Shown: positions 24,970 through 37,972 of the stretch, in pieces | Position numbering within the stretch: position 1 is the first letter of the stretch | Layout of the letters: every line of letters begins with the position of its first letter | The notes under the pieces: generated by a model | The model's database searches: none | What the model saw: only the letters and a program-made list of their open reading frames with translations | Told to the model about the DNA's origin: nothing | Assembly: GCA_030390025.1 (NCBI GenBank) | Contig: CM059431.1 | Span: forward strand, 154,196,001 to 154,260,000 | Origin: Squalus acanthias | Taxonomy: Eukaryota | Length of the DNA: 64,000 bases | Direction of reading: 5' to 3' | Program-made: the position numbers and the translations under genes

Positions 24970-27093
24970 AGGAGCTGATTGGTGATTCACTGGTGAATGC
25001 ATTTTTTTAATTTTATAAGTTTATTTCTGCTAAGTTAGTTAATAGCCTATTAAGTTAAGGGAAAGTGGTGATTGGTGAATAGCTTTGGAGTGTTTTTAGT
25101 TAAGATTTATGTTTCTTTCTGCTGATTTAGTTATTAATCTATTAAATAGAGGCATGGCAGGGTAGTCAGTCCAGTCGATTGCACATCCTGTGCCATCTGG
25201 GAAGACCTGGACACTTCGCTTTGCCTGGACGATCACACGTGCGGGATGAGTCACCAGCAACAGCAACTCGAGCACCATGTTTTGGAGCTTGATTGGCGGC
25301 TGGAATCAGTGCAGTGAATCCGCGAGGCTGAGAGTTACGTGGATAGCACGTTTCTAGAGGTGGTCACCCCGCAGTTTAAAAATATGCAGGACGAGAGGGA
25401 ATGGGTAACCGCCAGACAGAAGAGGAGGACCAGGCAGGTAGTGCATGCGACCCCAGAGTGCATGGCGCTCTCAAACCAGTGTTAATTTCTGAGTACTGGT
25501 GACAGCGATAGTTCCTCTGGGGAGTGCAGTCAGTGTCAATTCCGCGGCACCACGGGTGGCTCAGAGTCACGGTGGTAGGACAAATACCGGAAGAGAAATA
25601 ATGGTCGGGGATTCGGTAATTAGGGGAGCAGACCGGCATTTCTCTATCGACTTGACGCCAGGATGGTATGTTGCCTCCCTGGTGCCAGGCTCAAGGATGT
25701 CACTGCCCGGCTGCAGGACCCTTTGAGGGGGGAGGGTGAACAGTCAAAGGTCGTTGTCATTATCGGTACCAACGACATTGGCAGAACGAGGGATGAGGTC
25801 CTGCAAGCAGAGTTTAGGGAGCTCGGAGAGTGATTAAAAAGCATGAACACCTGACGAAGGGTCAGCAGCTCCGAAATCTTGTGATTTCAAATAAAACTGT
25901 TGGACTAAAACCTGGTGTTGTGCGACTTCTCAATTTTGTCCACCCCAGTCCAATACCGGCATCTCTGCATAATTAATAAGCTTGACCTCAAAGGTAGTAA
26001 TCTCCGGATTACTCCTGTTGCATTGTGCTAGTGAGTACAGGAATAGGAGGATAGAAGTTGAATGCGTGGCTGGAGAAATGGTGCAGGGGGGAGGGCTTTA
26101 TATTCATGAGGCATTGGGATCATTTCTGGGGAAGGTGGTACCTGTACTAACCGGACGGGTTATACCGCAACAGACCCGGGACCAATATTCTCACGGGGAT
26201 GTTTGCTAGTACTGTTGGGGAGGGATTAAACTAACTTGGCAGGGGGAAGGGCAGCAGCATATAGTATTAGAAAAGAGGACTAGGGTGCATAAAAGAGTGA
26301 GTGTGTTGGATAGTACTAGAGAAGATAGTAGCAGAGGCGTTAGTAGTACCATATTAGATAGGTGCAGACTAAGAAAGACTACGGAAAATTCAAAAAATGG
26401 GTTTAGAATGCATGTACGTAAACGCACAAAGTGTGGTGAATGATTTTGGTGAGCTACAAGCACAATTAGCAGTGTGGCAATATGATGTTGTGGAAATAAC
26501 GGAAACGTTGCTTAATAACGGTGAGGAATGGGCACTTAATATTCAATGGTACAAGGTGTTCAGAAAAGATAGGGAAGGAAAAAAGGAGGTGGGGTGGCAG
26601 TTCTAAATAAGGAAAACATTTCAGCTTTGGGAAAGGAGCATGTTCTCGAGGGGACAAGGACATATTCCATTTGATTAGAGTTGAGGAGCAAAAAGGGGAT
26701 GACCACGCTATTGGGGGTATTCTGTAGGCCTCCAAATAGTGAGAGGGAGGTAGAGGAGTAGATCTGCAGGGAAATCGCAGAGATATGCAAGAGCTATAGA
26801 GTGGTGATATCAATATCGATTGGGATAATGGTAGGGTAAATGGAAAGCAGGGGTAGGAATTTCTGAAATGTGTTCAGGAGAGTTTTCTGGAACAATATGT
26901 TCTTTGGCCAACTAGGCAGGAGGTATTGCTGGATATTGTGCTGTGGAATGAGGTGGGTCAGGTCGATCAAGTGTCTGTGGGAGAATACTTGGGTACGAGT
27001 GATCATCGTATCATAAGATTTAGATTAGCAATGGAGTTGAGCAAGTTACAATCTAGAATGGAAATCCTAAACTGGAATAGGGCTAACTTCAAT
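24970..27093 (+). mobile_element. CR1 LINE 5' half (5'UTR, ORF1 Zn-finger/coiled-coil/esterase, APE)
   Basis: CxxC-type start at ~25153, MVGDSVIRGADR, TSKVVISGLL, LECMYVNAQSVVND..EL…YDVVEITET. Ends abruptly at gctaacttcaat. Confidence 0.87.
25847..25971 (+). mobile_element. Penelope pLTR mini-insertion starting at the hammerhead motif
   Basis: cacCTGACGAagggtcagcagctccGAAAtcttgtg…catctctgcat, flanked by a ~14-bp TSD attaaaaagcatga (25833-25846) / attaataagcttga (25972-25985). Confidence 0.85.
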
Positions 27094-29614
27094 TGAAGGG
27101 ATAATTACTGGTCCTAGCCCTTTTCATGCTACCCCAGATCAGGCGTGTTCCCCAGACGTTCACCTTCACCTAACATTAGCGGTAGCCGAATCCTAGCGAA
27201 GCTTAATTGGGCCTAAAGGTTCAGACTAGCTCTCCCTAAAGGAAAGGAAAGGCCTGAAGATGTACCGTCCTCCGGATAGCAATTTTAACAAGTTTAACTA
27301 GACTGTAACCTTCCGGATATTTTGAGGGTCATGAAAACCCCCCAGAATTCTGCAACTCCGATCTGAAGAGTGTACAGCAATTGAGTTCGTGAGATTGATA
27401 CAGAATGCTCAGTGAGACAATTTTAAAAATATATAGTTTCATTAAAGAACCGACATTTAGTGAACAGCTGGTATGGCAATCGCAACTTTAAACGTTAAAA
27501 ATACAAATAGCTTACATTTCTTATCTGAGATCCTTATTTTCAAATCTTAACTTCGTTACATTTCCACACTTCTATTTATTTCTTAATCCAGAATATCCAC
27601 CAAAATCAAATACCTTGATTACCCGAGACTCAGAGTTAAAAAATTACAGAGTGTGCCTTTGAAGTTGAGAAACACTTGCCCTTTCAGCGACTTCTGACTT
27701 TTCATCTGAAAAGCTCTTATTTTTATACTCTTTTTTAATGGTATATTCTTTGAAGTTTGCTGCTGATGTAAGCTAATTGTCTCTAGTGATACTCTATTGA
27801 ATTATTTTCTATTCTTACTCTCATTTCAGCTGCTGACTTTTAGAATTATGTCTCTACCTTTAGGGGGTTCAAAAACTATCATAAATTGGTTATTACCGAT
27901 TTATCCATTTGATGCTTTTCTTAGGAAGTCTTTCTACTGAATTCTTAATATCACTTAACTGCTTGTAAGCCAGACATAGAACATAGAACATAGAACAGTA
28001 CGGCACAGTACAGGCCCTTCGGCCCTCGATGATGTGCCGAGCATTGTCGGAAACCAAGATCAAGCTATCCCACTCCGTATCATTCTGATGTGCTCCATGT
28101 GCTTATTCAATAACCGCTTGAAAGTTCCTAAAGTGTCCGACTCCACTATCACAGCAGGCAGTCCATTCCACACCCCAACCACTCTCTGAGTAAAGAATCT
28201 ACCTCGGACATCCCTTCTATACCTCCCCCCATGCACCTTATAGTTATGCCCCCTAGTAACAGCCACCTCCACCCGAGTAAATAGTCTCTGAACATCCACT
28301 CTATCTATCCCCCTCATCATCTTATAAACCTCTATTAAGTCGCCTCTCATCCTCCTCCGCTCTAAAGAGAAAAGCCCTAACTCCCTCAATCTTTCCTCAT
28401 AAGACCTCCCCCCGCAAACCAGGCACCATCCTGGTAAATCTCCTTTGCACTCTTTCCAATGCTTCCACGTCCTTCCTATAGTGAGGTGACCAGAACTGCA
28501 CACAATATTCCAAATGTGTTCTCACCAAAGTCCTGTACAGTTGTAGCATAACCTCACGTTTCTTAAACTCAAACCCCTTGTTAATACACGCTAACACACT
28601 ATAGGCCTTCTTTACTGCTCTATCCACTTGAGTGGCAACCTTCAGAGATCTGTGGATATGAACCCCCAGATCCCTCTGTTCCTCCACGTTCCTCAGAACC
28701 CTGCCGTTGACCCTGTAATCCTTATTCAAATTTGCCCTACCAAAATGAATCACCTCGCACTTATCAGGGTTAAATTCTATCTGCCATTTTTCGGCCCAGC
28801 TCTGCATCCTATCAATGTCTCTTTGCAGCCTACAGCAGCCCTCCACCTCATCCACTACTCCACCAATCTTGGTGTCATCAGCAAATTTACTGATCCACCC
28901 TTCAGTCCCCTCCTCCAAGTCATTGATAAAAATCACAAACAGCAGACGACCCAGCACCGACCCCTGTGGCACACCGCTGGTAACTGGTCTCCAGTCCGAA
29001 AATTTTCCATCCACCACCACCCTCTGCCTTTTATGAGTTAGCCAGTTAATTATCCAATCGGCCAAATTTCCCTCTATCCCACAACTCCTTACTTTCTTCA
29101 TGAGCCGACCATGGGGAACCTTGTCAAACGCCTCACTAAAATCCATGTATACGACATCAACTGCTCTACCTTCATCTACACACTTGGTTACCTCCTCAAC
29201 GTCGTGACTCCGTGGTTCTCCAGGCTCAATAGAAAAACAATGTTTGGTGTCAACTATTGATATTATATCTTCAAAGTCTTCTGTAGGTATATTTTACAAC
29301 TTGTAAATTGAAAACAGTTCTCTTAGGGTGTTTACTTTTTTTCTTGCTATCTCAATAGATTTTATACTTAATCATGTTTCCTGTCTTATTTGATGTTACT
29401 TTATGAAGGCATATGGTTGTTTAATGTTCTAAGTTTCTGTAGCCTTGTGTGTTAGCTTGTAACTCTTTACTTGGATCATTCCATTGTGTTTCTCCCAAAC
29501 TCCAGAACTTCTGGAAGCGCCAATGGCTTGCTTCAATAGGGGCATTGTTTTTGTGTTTACAACCAACTCCCATTTCAAAGCTTGTGGTGCTTTATAGCTT
29601 TTGTTAACGCTTCA
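27094..29614 (-). mobile_element. Probable solo LTR (~1.3 kb without the CR1 insert at 27974-29199)
   Basis: TG…CA ends with inverted termini TGAAGGGATAA / TGAAGCGTTAA (9/11); non-coding; TATA-like GTATAAAAA on minus at ~27720-27728. No TSD seen. Confidence 0.45.
27974..29199 (-). mobile_element. Well-preserved 5'-truncated CR1 LINE (RT + tail)
   Basis: ORFs 28397..29146 (MDFS.AFDKVPH, GVPQGSVLG, KFADDTK) and 28060..28503; tail (catagaa)n at ~27976. Confidence 0.95.
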
Positions 29615-29804
29615 CCTTATCTCAGAAGCCTGTATTGTGTTTGCAGCCTGTGTCGCCGAGGCTATCCAGACTTTTAAACTCAGCACGTCATGTATTAATA
29701 TTATCAAAATCTGTTCATAGGATGATGTATTTTTCTGAAATATGGCTATTCCATTACACAACGAGATGCTAAAGTTCTGATGCCTTTCCGGAGATAAGGT
29801 CGCA

Positions 29805-29915
29805 TAATAGTTCTGCTGCAGAGGAGTCAGATGAGGACCTCGCAGGGCCAAGCTTCAGAAGAAGGCTGATGGGTTTGACAATCCAAATGCTTGGTGCAAT
29901 GGAGAGCCTGCATGG
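29805..29915 (+). mobile_element. Possible short remnant of a Harbinger accessory gene
   Basis: Reads EESDEDLAGPSFRRRLMGLTIQMLGAMESL, which resembles repeat-derived sequence I associate with such elements. Recognition only. Confidence 0.35.
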
Positions 29916-30659
29916 TCAACAGCAATGCCACTAATATATTCGAATTTTATTTCCACATACCTCCTGTTACGGTATATGATAGACAACAGGATTGCCTTCG
30001 ACTTTCATCAATGCAGTCCTTGAAATCAATGTGACTATATCATCTTTGAAACAAACAATATTTTTTGCAAATTTACCAGCCTACATGCATTTGAATATAA
30101 TTTTTGTTATCAATTAACTCTTGTTGATAAAATTGATTTTGAATCTTCGCGAGGTTGGCTGACGAGCTATTGACGAATCCAAATGCTTTCACTAGTCCCA
30201 CTGCATTAATGTTTACTGATCGATTGATGTGTAATTTAAAGTAACAGAGCTCGAGCCCATATCCATTGGGTTGAGGGCAGCCTTTGTGCCTTTGAATGAG
30301 CCGGTCACTTGCTGAGCGGTTCGATCTTCCAGTCTTATTCTCAGAATTCCCGAGTATCTCGAGCATTGGTTTCAAGGCCCCATCTGCAGTTAATGTCTGT
30401 ACTGCCGGCCTCACTGTCTAACAGGGGTGAATATCTGAGAGCGACGGACTGGGCAGATTTTTCCTTATATCCACATTGGGAACCGAGCCAGGACATAGCT
30501 GTTTAATTATTTTTTGTTGACGTCTTCATTTATTGGAATGCCTCCTGAACACCAGCATTAAGTCTAAATAAGGGATTGTGGGTTTGAAGCTGAAAAACAA
30601 TCAGGTAAAAATATGGAAACTTCACTTGATTGTTAATGTAAAAATTGTAAACAAAAATG

Positions 30660-31318
30660 AATGGCCAGGGCTACCAGCGGAGAAATACCTCCGATCCGCA
30701 ATTAAAATCCACGCCTACCTTCTTCCTCGGGATTCACGGAGACTCGCGGTCCTGGGCCTCGGCACCGAGACATGCGGAGAAGTCCACGTATCACGTGGGC
30801 CGGCAGAACCAATGAAAGAAGGTAATCCCAATGTATGCGTGTGGGGATTCTGCACGTTCGGAATCTCCATAAGCATGAATTGGGATGACATAAAAAACAT
30901 ACTGACATACCAAATAACTAAAAAAGTTACGTTTCAAAATTAATTAAAGTACAATTTAATTAAACATTTAAAACAAATGCTTAATTTTTGTAATTTTTTT
31001 TAAACGTTTTAAATGGGCTAAAAATAACCTAAACTTATTTTACAAGTTTTTTAAAGTTTGAATAATTGAATAAAAAAATATTTATTTAAATACTTATGCT
31101 GGTAAAAGAAGGCCATACGCCAGGTTTTACCAGCCATAAGAATTTCACGGGCATTCGCTGGGCAGTAGTTGGGCAAATAACCCAACTCACCACCCGCGAA
31201 TGCCCTTTTCCCGGGGATGATTCTTCACAGATCGCAAGTTCCGGGTTTTCAGGCATGCGCTTCCAGTGCCTACGGTTGCGTACACGGTCGCACCCGTAGG
31301 CACTGGAAAATACGGGCC
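30660..31318. mobile_element. Harbinger-like non-autonomous element remnant (right end …aaaatacgggcc)
   Basis: GC-rich subterminal blocks around an AT-rich core; ends GGGCC followed by AAT, like the 7279-10485 element. Left boundary uncertain. Confidence 0.5.
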
Positions 31319-31512
31319 AATGTTTTTCCCCACTAGTAAATCCCCAAGCAGACCTGTCACCTGCAGTTCCGAGAATTAAAGTGAAGTGTCCCTTTGCTCT
31401 GAGACACTTGTCGTGTCCGGCACCGGCAGTTTCTGTCGCGAAAGTCCCCGCTCAGCAATCGAACAGGATCAACAAGCTTTCCTCGTTGTGTCAAATCAAG
31501 TGGCTATGCGGG

Positions 31513-31597
31513 GTGTCGCCCATGCGGAAAGGTTAAGGCGATGACCTAGAATTCTGTTGGGGTCTCCCCGTTCAGTATTCGATTTCTGTCGACTTTG
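31513..31597 (+). pseudogene. tRNA-Ser(AGA) pseudogene
   Basis: GGTTAAGGCGATGacCTAGAAtTCtgTTGGGGTCTCCCCGttCAGtaTTCGAtTtCTGtCGACT aligns with vertebrate tRNA-Ser-AGA, including the long variable arm. The acceptor, D and T arms are eroded. Confidence 0.8.
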
Positions 31598-31769
31598 GGT
31601 CTCCTCCTTCTCTTCAAAATTAAACAGAAGAGTCACTATTTTTTCCAACATAAAGTAATACATATGAAGCATTTGTGGATAAATATGGATAATTTGGTGA
31701 TAAATATGAGCATGTCCTCTCTCATACTTGAAACAAAGCTGTTTCAACATAAGTGATCACTTATCATAG

Positions 31770-34230
31770 CTATAATTCCCCAGCCCAGGCAACATCCTCG
31801 TAAATCTCTTCTGCACCCTCTCTATTGCAATCACATTCTTCCTGCAATATGGTGACCAGCACTGCACGCAATATTCTAGCTGAGGCCTAACTAGTGTTTT
31901 ATACATTTCAAGCATATCATCGCTGCTCTTATATTCTATGCCTCGGCTAATAAGGCAAGTGTCCCGTATGGTTTCCTAACCACCTTCTCTACCTGTCCTG
32001 CGACTCTCAGGGATCTGTGGACATGCACTCCAAGGACCGTCTGTTCCTCTATAGTTCTCAGTATCCTATTGTGTATTCCCTTGCCTTATTATCACTTTAC
32101 AAATGCATTACTTCACACTTCTCCGGATTGAATTTAATTTGCCACTGTTCTGCCCACCTGACCACTCCATTGATATCTTCCTGCAGTCTGCAGCTTTCTT
32201 CTTCATTATCGACCACACGGACAATTTTTGTATCATCTGCAAACTTCTTAATCACACATCCTACATTAAAGTCCACATCATTGAAAAATACCACAAAAAA
32301 GCAAAGGACCCAATACTGAGCTCTGCGAACCCCGCTGGAAACAGCCTTCCAGTCACAAAAACACCCTTCGATCATTTCCCTTCGTTTCCTGCCTCTGAGA
32401 CAATTTTGGATAGAACTTGTCCCTTTGCCTTGGAAACCACGGGCTTTTACTTTCATGACCAGTCTACCATGCGGGACCTTATCAAAAGCCTTGCTAAAAT
32501 CCAAATTGCATCAAAGGTACTACCCTCATCGACCCTCCTTGTTACCTCCTCAAAAAATTCAATAAAGTTAGACAGACACGACCTTCCCTTAACAAATCCA
32601 TGCTGACTGTCCCTGATTAATCCAAATCTTTCTAAATGAAGATTCATCCTGTCTCTCAGAATTGTTTCCAATAATTTTCCCACCACCGAGATTAGGCTGA
32701 CTGGCATGTAATTACTTGGTCTAACCCTTTCTACCCTTTTTAAACAAAATACCACGTTAGCAGTCCTCCAGTCCTTCGGCACCACATCTGTAGCCAGAGA
32801 GGATTGGAAAATGTTGGTCAGAATCTCTGCTATTTCCTCTCTTACTTCTCTTAACATTTCATCCGGTCCTGCAGATTTATCCACGTTCAAAAATGCTAAA
32901 TCCCTTAATAATTCCTCTTTCACTATGTTTATTTAATCTAATATTTCACACTCATCCTCCCTGATAGCAATGTCTGCATCGTCCCTCTCTTTTGTGAAAA
33001 CAGACGCAAAGTGTTCATAAAGAACCATACTCATATCTTCCGTATCCACACACACATTACCTTTATGGCCCCTAAAAGGCCCTACTCCTAAATTAGTTAT
33101 CCTCTTGCTCTCAAGCATCTCTGGGTTTTCCTTGATTTTACTTAACAATATTTTTTTCTTCCCTCTCTTTGCTCTCCTAATTTCCTTTTTACGTTCACCC
33201 CTGCACTTTCTCTCGGGTTTCTGCAGTTTTGAGCCCTCGGTATCTGTCATAAGATTCCCTTTTTTTCTTCATCCTACCCTGTATGCACCTTGACATCCAG
33301 AGAGCTCTAAATCGGTTAGTCCCACACTTTTTCTTTAACGGAACATACTTGCTCTGAACCCTCACTAGCTCCTCCTTGAATGCTTCCCACTGCTCTGACA
33401 CTGACTTACATTCAAGTGTCTAACTCCAGTCCACTTTGGCCAAATCACATTTCAGCTTAGTAAAATTAGCTTTTCCCCAATTGAGAACTTTTATTCCTGA
33501 TCTATCCTTGTCCAATTCCATAACTAATCTAAATCTAACTGAATTATGATCACTACCACCAATATTCTCTCCCACTGATACAATGATATTTTTGAACTAT
33601 TCTTTATTCTGATGATGTTTGTCACTCCCAGTTCTCTGTGAACCTTGTATCTCCTCATTCGGCCTTCCTTTTATTGCCATCTCTACCTGCTAAATTAATT
33701 TATACCATACCCCACAACACTAGTTAACCTTCCTGAGAGGATATTGGCTCCTGCCTGTTACTGTGCAACCCGTCCATCTTGTACAGGGGCATCCTGCACC
33801 AGAACTGGGCCAATGCACCAGAAAACTGAACATCTCCCTCTTGCACCATTTCTCCAGCCACGCGTTAACATGTCTCATTTTACTGCTCCTATACTCACTG
33901 GTAGGTGGCAATGGGCGTAATGAAGAGTTTACTAACTTTGAAGTTCTGCTCTTTAAGATCGTTCCGAGATCCTGCAAAATCTGTCTGTAGTTTCACAACC
34001 CAATCTACCTACGTTATTGGTTACAACATGGACCACGACTGCTGGCTGTTCCCCTTCCCAATGCAACATGATCTACACCCGTTCAATTATATCCTTTACC
34101 ATGGCACCAGGGAGGCAACACTCCATGCGAGACTCACGCCGCCGGTTGCAGAAACTTCTGTCTATCAGCATGACCATCGAACCACCTATGCCACTGCATT
34201 TCCACACTTTTCTCCGCCCCCCACCCCTTG
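31770..34230 (-). mobile_element. CR1 LINE with internal deletion (ORF1 esterase + ORF2 RT)
   Basis: ORFs 34073..34279 (CCLPGAMVKDI.ER), 32453..32923 and 32097..32504 (MDFSKAFDKVPH, KFADDTK). Confidence 0.9.
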
Positions 34231-34294
34231 AAGTAATTTGCCTCACAGTGTCGTGGGTGTGCAGTATAGCGCAATACAACAGTGACTACACTTA

Positions 34295-34378
34295 AAAAGT
34301 GATTAATTCAATATGAAGCATTTGGGACATCCTGAGGATGTGATAGGCGCTATATAAATGCACGTTTTTTCTTTCTTT
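34295..34378 (+). mobile_element. L2-related SINE/LINE 3' tail remnant
   Basis: tttgggacatcctgaggatgtgataggcgctatataaatgcacg followed by a T-rich tail. Confidence 0.6.
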
Positions 34379-34548
34379 AGATTGCACTCCTCCGATGTGT
34401 CTTTAGCAATGAAAACCAGTTTGAGACTGCCACACTCCCGGGGGATTCCGGCACTGCCGTTGTCTTCCAACCCTGCAAATGGCCACCCAATTACGACCCT
34501 CAAAAAAAATAGTATCGCTGAAAATGAGGCAACGTATCGAATTATATA

Positions 34549-37500
34549 AGAACATAAGAAATAGGAGCAGGAGTAAGGCATTCAGCTCCTCGAGTCTGCT
34601 CTGCCATTCAATAAAAGCATTGGTGATCTTCTACCTCATCTCCACTTTCCTGCACTATCCCCATATCGCTTGATACCCTTAATATTCAAAAATCTATCGA
34701 TCTCTGTCTGGAATATATTTATTCACTGAGCATCCACAGCCCTCTGAGATAGAGAATTCGAAAGAATCACGACCCTCTGAGTGAAGAAATGTCTGCTCCT
34801 CTCAGTCCTTAATGACCGACCCCTTATTCTGAGACTCTGACCCCTGGTTCTAGACTCCCCAGACACGGAAAACATCCTCCCTGCATCTACCGTGTCAAGC
34901 CCTCTAAGAATTTTGTATGTTTCAATGAGATCACCTCTCATTCTTCTAAACTCTAGAGAATATAGGCCTAGTCAAACCAATCTCTCTTCAACGGACAATC
35001 CCCCCATCCCAGGAACGAGTCTGGTGAACCTTCGTTGCACTGCCTCGACGGCACGTATATCCTTCCTAAGGTAATGAGACCAAAACTGTACACAATACTC
35101 CAGGTGTGGTCTAACCAGTGCCCTATATAATTGCAGTAAGACGTCTTAACTCTTATACTTCAATCCTCTTGTGATAAAGGCCAACATATCATTTGCTTTC
35201 CTAATTGCTTGCAGTACCTGCATGTTAACTTTCAGTGATTCGTGTACAAGGACACCCAGGTCCCTCTGAACAACATTTCCCAATCTCTGATCATTTAAAA
35301 AATGCTCTGCTTTGTATTTTTCCTACCAAAGTGGATAACTTCAAATTTCTCCACATTGTATTCCATTTGCCATGTTCTTGCACACTCACTTAGCCTGTCT
35401 ATATCCTTTTGAAGCCTCCTTGCATCCACCTCACAACATAAATTCTCCCCACCTTTTTATCATCAGCAAACGTGGATATATAACATTTGGTCCCCTCATC
35501 TAAATCATAGATATAGATGGTGAATAGCTGAGGCTCAAGCACTGATCGTTGCGGTTCCCCATTAGTTACAGCCTGCCAACCCGAAAATGACCCGTTTATT
35601 CCTACTCTCTGTTTTCTATGCATTCACCAATCCCCAATCCATGCTAGTATATTACCACCAATGCCATGAACCCTAATTTTGTTTAATAACCACTTGTCTG
35701 GCACATTATCGAATGCCTTCTGAAAATTCAAATACATCACATCAACTGATGCCCCCTTTTCTATTCTGCTCGTTACAATCTCAAAAACTCAACAGATATG
35801 TCAAACACGATTTCCCTTTCATAAGTCCGTGTTGAGTTTGCCCAATCCTGTTATTATTTTCTAAGTGCTCTGTTACTACATCCTTAATAATAGACTCTAG
35901 CATTTTCTCCACCACTGATGTTCGGCTAACTGGTCTGTAGTTCCCCGTTTTCTTTCTCCCTCCTTTCGTAAATAGTGGGGTTACATTTGCAACCTTTCAA
36001 TCCGCGGGAACCGTTCTAGAATCTAGGGAATTTTGGAAAATGACAACCAATGCATCCACTATCTCTATAGCCAATTATTTCAAAACCCAAGGACGTAGGC
36101 CATCAGGTCCCGGGGATTTATTGGCTTTCAGTACCATTCATATCTCCAATTCTATTTTTTACTAATACTAATCTCTTTCAGTTTCTCATTCTCGCTAGAG
36201 CCTTGTTTCTCCATTATTTCCGGCAAGTTTTTTGCATCTTCTTCTGTGTAGACAGACAAAAAGTCTTTGTTTAATTTCTCTGAAATTTCCTTATTCCACA
36301 TTATAATTTATCCTGTCTCAGCCTGTGAGGAACCGACATTTACATTCGCTAATCTTTGCCTTTTTACATAGCTATGGAAGCTTTTACAGTCTTATTTTTA
36401 TGTCTCACGCTAGTTTGCTCTCATATTCTATGTTCCCCTTCTTCATCAATTCGTTGGTCCACCTTTGCATAATTTTAAAATCCTTCCAATCCTCAGACTT
36501 AACACTCTTTTTGACCACATTATAGAAACATAGAAACATAGAAGATAGGAGCAGGAGTAGGCCATTCGGCCCCTCGAGCCTGCTCCGCATTCGATGAGAT
36601 CATGGCTGATCATCCAAACTCAGTACCCTGTACCTGCCTGCTCCCCATATCCCTTGATACCTTGAGCTTTAAGAAATATATCTAACTCATTCTTGAATAT
36701 ATTTAATGACTTGGCCTCAACTACCTTCTGTGGTAGATAATTCCAGAGGTTCACCACTCTCTGGGTGAAGAAATTCTTCCTCATTTCTGTCCTAAATGGC
36801 TTACCCGTTATCCTTAGATTATTACCCCTGGTTATGGACTCTCCGACAATCAGGAACATTCTTCCTGCATCTAGTTTGTCCAGACCTGTCAGAATTTTAT
36901 ATGTTTCGATGAGATCCCCTCTCATTCGTCTATACTCCAGCGAGTATAAGCCCAATCGACCCAATCTCTCCTCATATGTCATTCCTGCCATCCCAGGTAT
37001 CAGCCTTGTGAATCTTCGCTGAATCCCTTCCTTGGCAAGAACATCCTTCCTCAGATAAGGCGACCAAAACTGCACACAGTACTCAAGGTGTGGTCTCACC
37101 AAGGCCCTGTACACCTGCAGCAGGACATCACTGTTCCTATACTCAAACCCTTTCGCTATGAAGGGCAACATACCATTTGCCTTCTTCACCGTCTGCTGCA
37201 CCTGCATGCTTACTTTCAGCGACTGGTGCACAAGGACAAGGATTATAAGCCTATTCCTTTGATCTAATACTAACTGTAACTTCTCTTGTTAGCAGCGTTT
37301 GGATCATATTTCCTGTGGGATTTTTATGCCATAAAGCAAGGTTTATTTGTAGTAAATTATGTATTAATTCTTTAAATGGTAGCCATTGCTTGTCTATCAT
37401 CATGTCTTTTAATGTCGCTTCCCTGTCTACCTTGCCAACTCGCCCTCATATCATACGTGAGTTTTTCAGCGTTTTCTGTTGTTATTTCGGATTTCCAGCA

Positions 37501-37972
37501 TCCGCAGTATTTTGCTATCTCATATCTACGTAGATCGATTTGTTTAGATTTAAGACCCTAGTTTCGGATTTAACTAAATCACTTTCCAAATCAGTATACA
37601 ATTCTATCATATTATGGTTATTCTTCCCTAAATGCCCCTGTACTACACGGTTATTAATTAACAATTACTCGTTGCACAATATTAGATCTAAAATAGCCTG
37701 TTCCCTATTTGGTTCCTCAACATACTGATCTAGAAAACTATCTTGCATACATTCCATGAATTCGTCCTGCACACTATTACTGCAAATTTGGTTTGCCCAG
37801 TCTATATGTAGATTATGGTCCCCCATGATCACTGTATTACCCTTTTTACATGCGCCTCTAATTTCCTGATTTAAACTCTGCCCTACATTACACCTACTGT
37901 TTGGGGGCCTATATACAACTCTCACGAATGTTTTCTGCCCCTTGCTGTTCCTTGGCTCCACGCAAACTGAGT
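34549..37972 (-). mobile_element. CR1 LINE (APE to 3' tail) containing a younger CR1 at ~36523-37240
   Basis: Tail aagaacataagaaataggagc at 34549; RT and APE motifs (VVYRPPNS, IMGD.NL..DW, EPNREQAILDL); flanked by an ~80-bp direct duplication. Confidence 0.88.
36523..37240 (-). mobile_element. Younger 5'-truncated CR1 3' end
   Basis: Open ORF 36620..37231 (YRALVRPHLEYCVQFWSP…FFTQRVVNLWN.LP); tail (atagaaac)n. Confidence 0.92.

Noticed and set aside
29950..30060. Possible minus-strand exon (tttcaaAG…GAG|GTATGT)
   Set aside because: All three frames contain a stop and no partner exons were found.
34381..34401. attgcactcc…gatgtg resembling U1 snRNA loop II
   Set aside because: Similarity does not extend; no 5' ACTTACCTG or Sm site.
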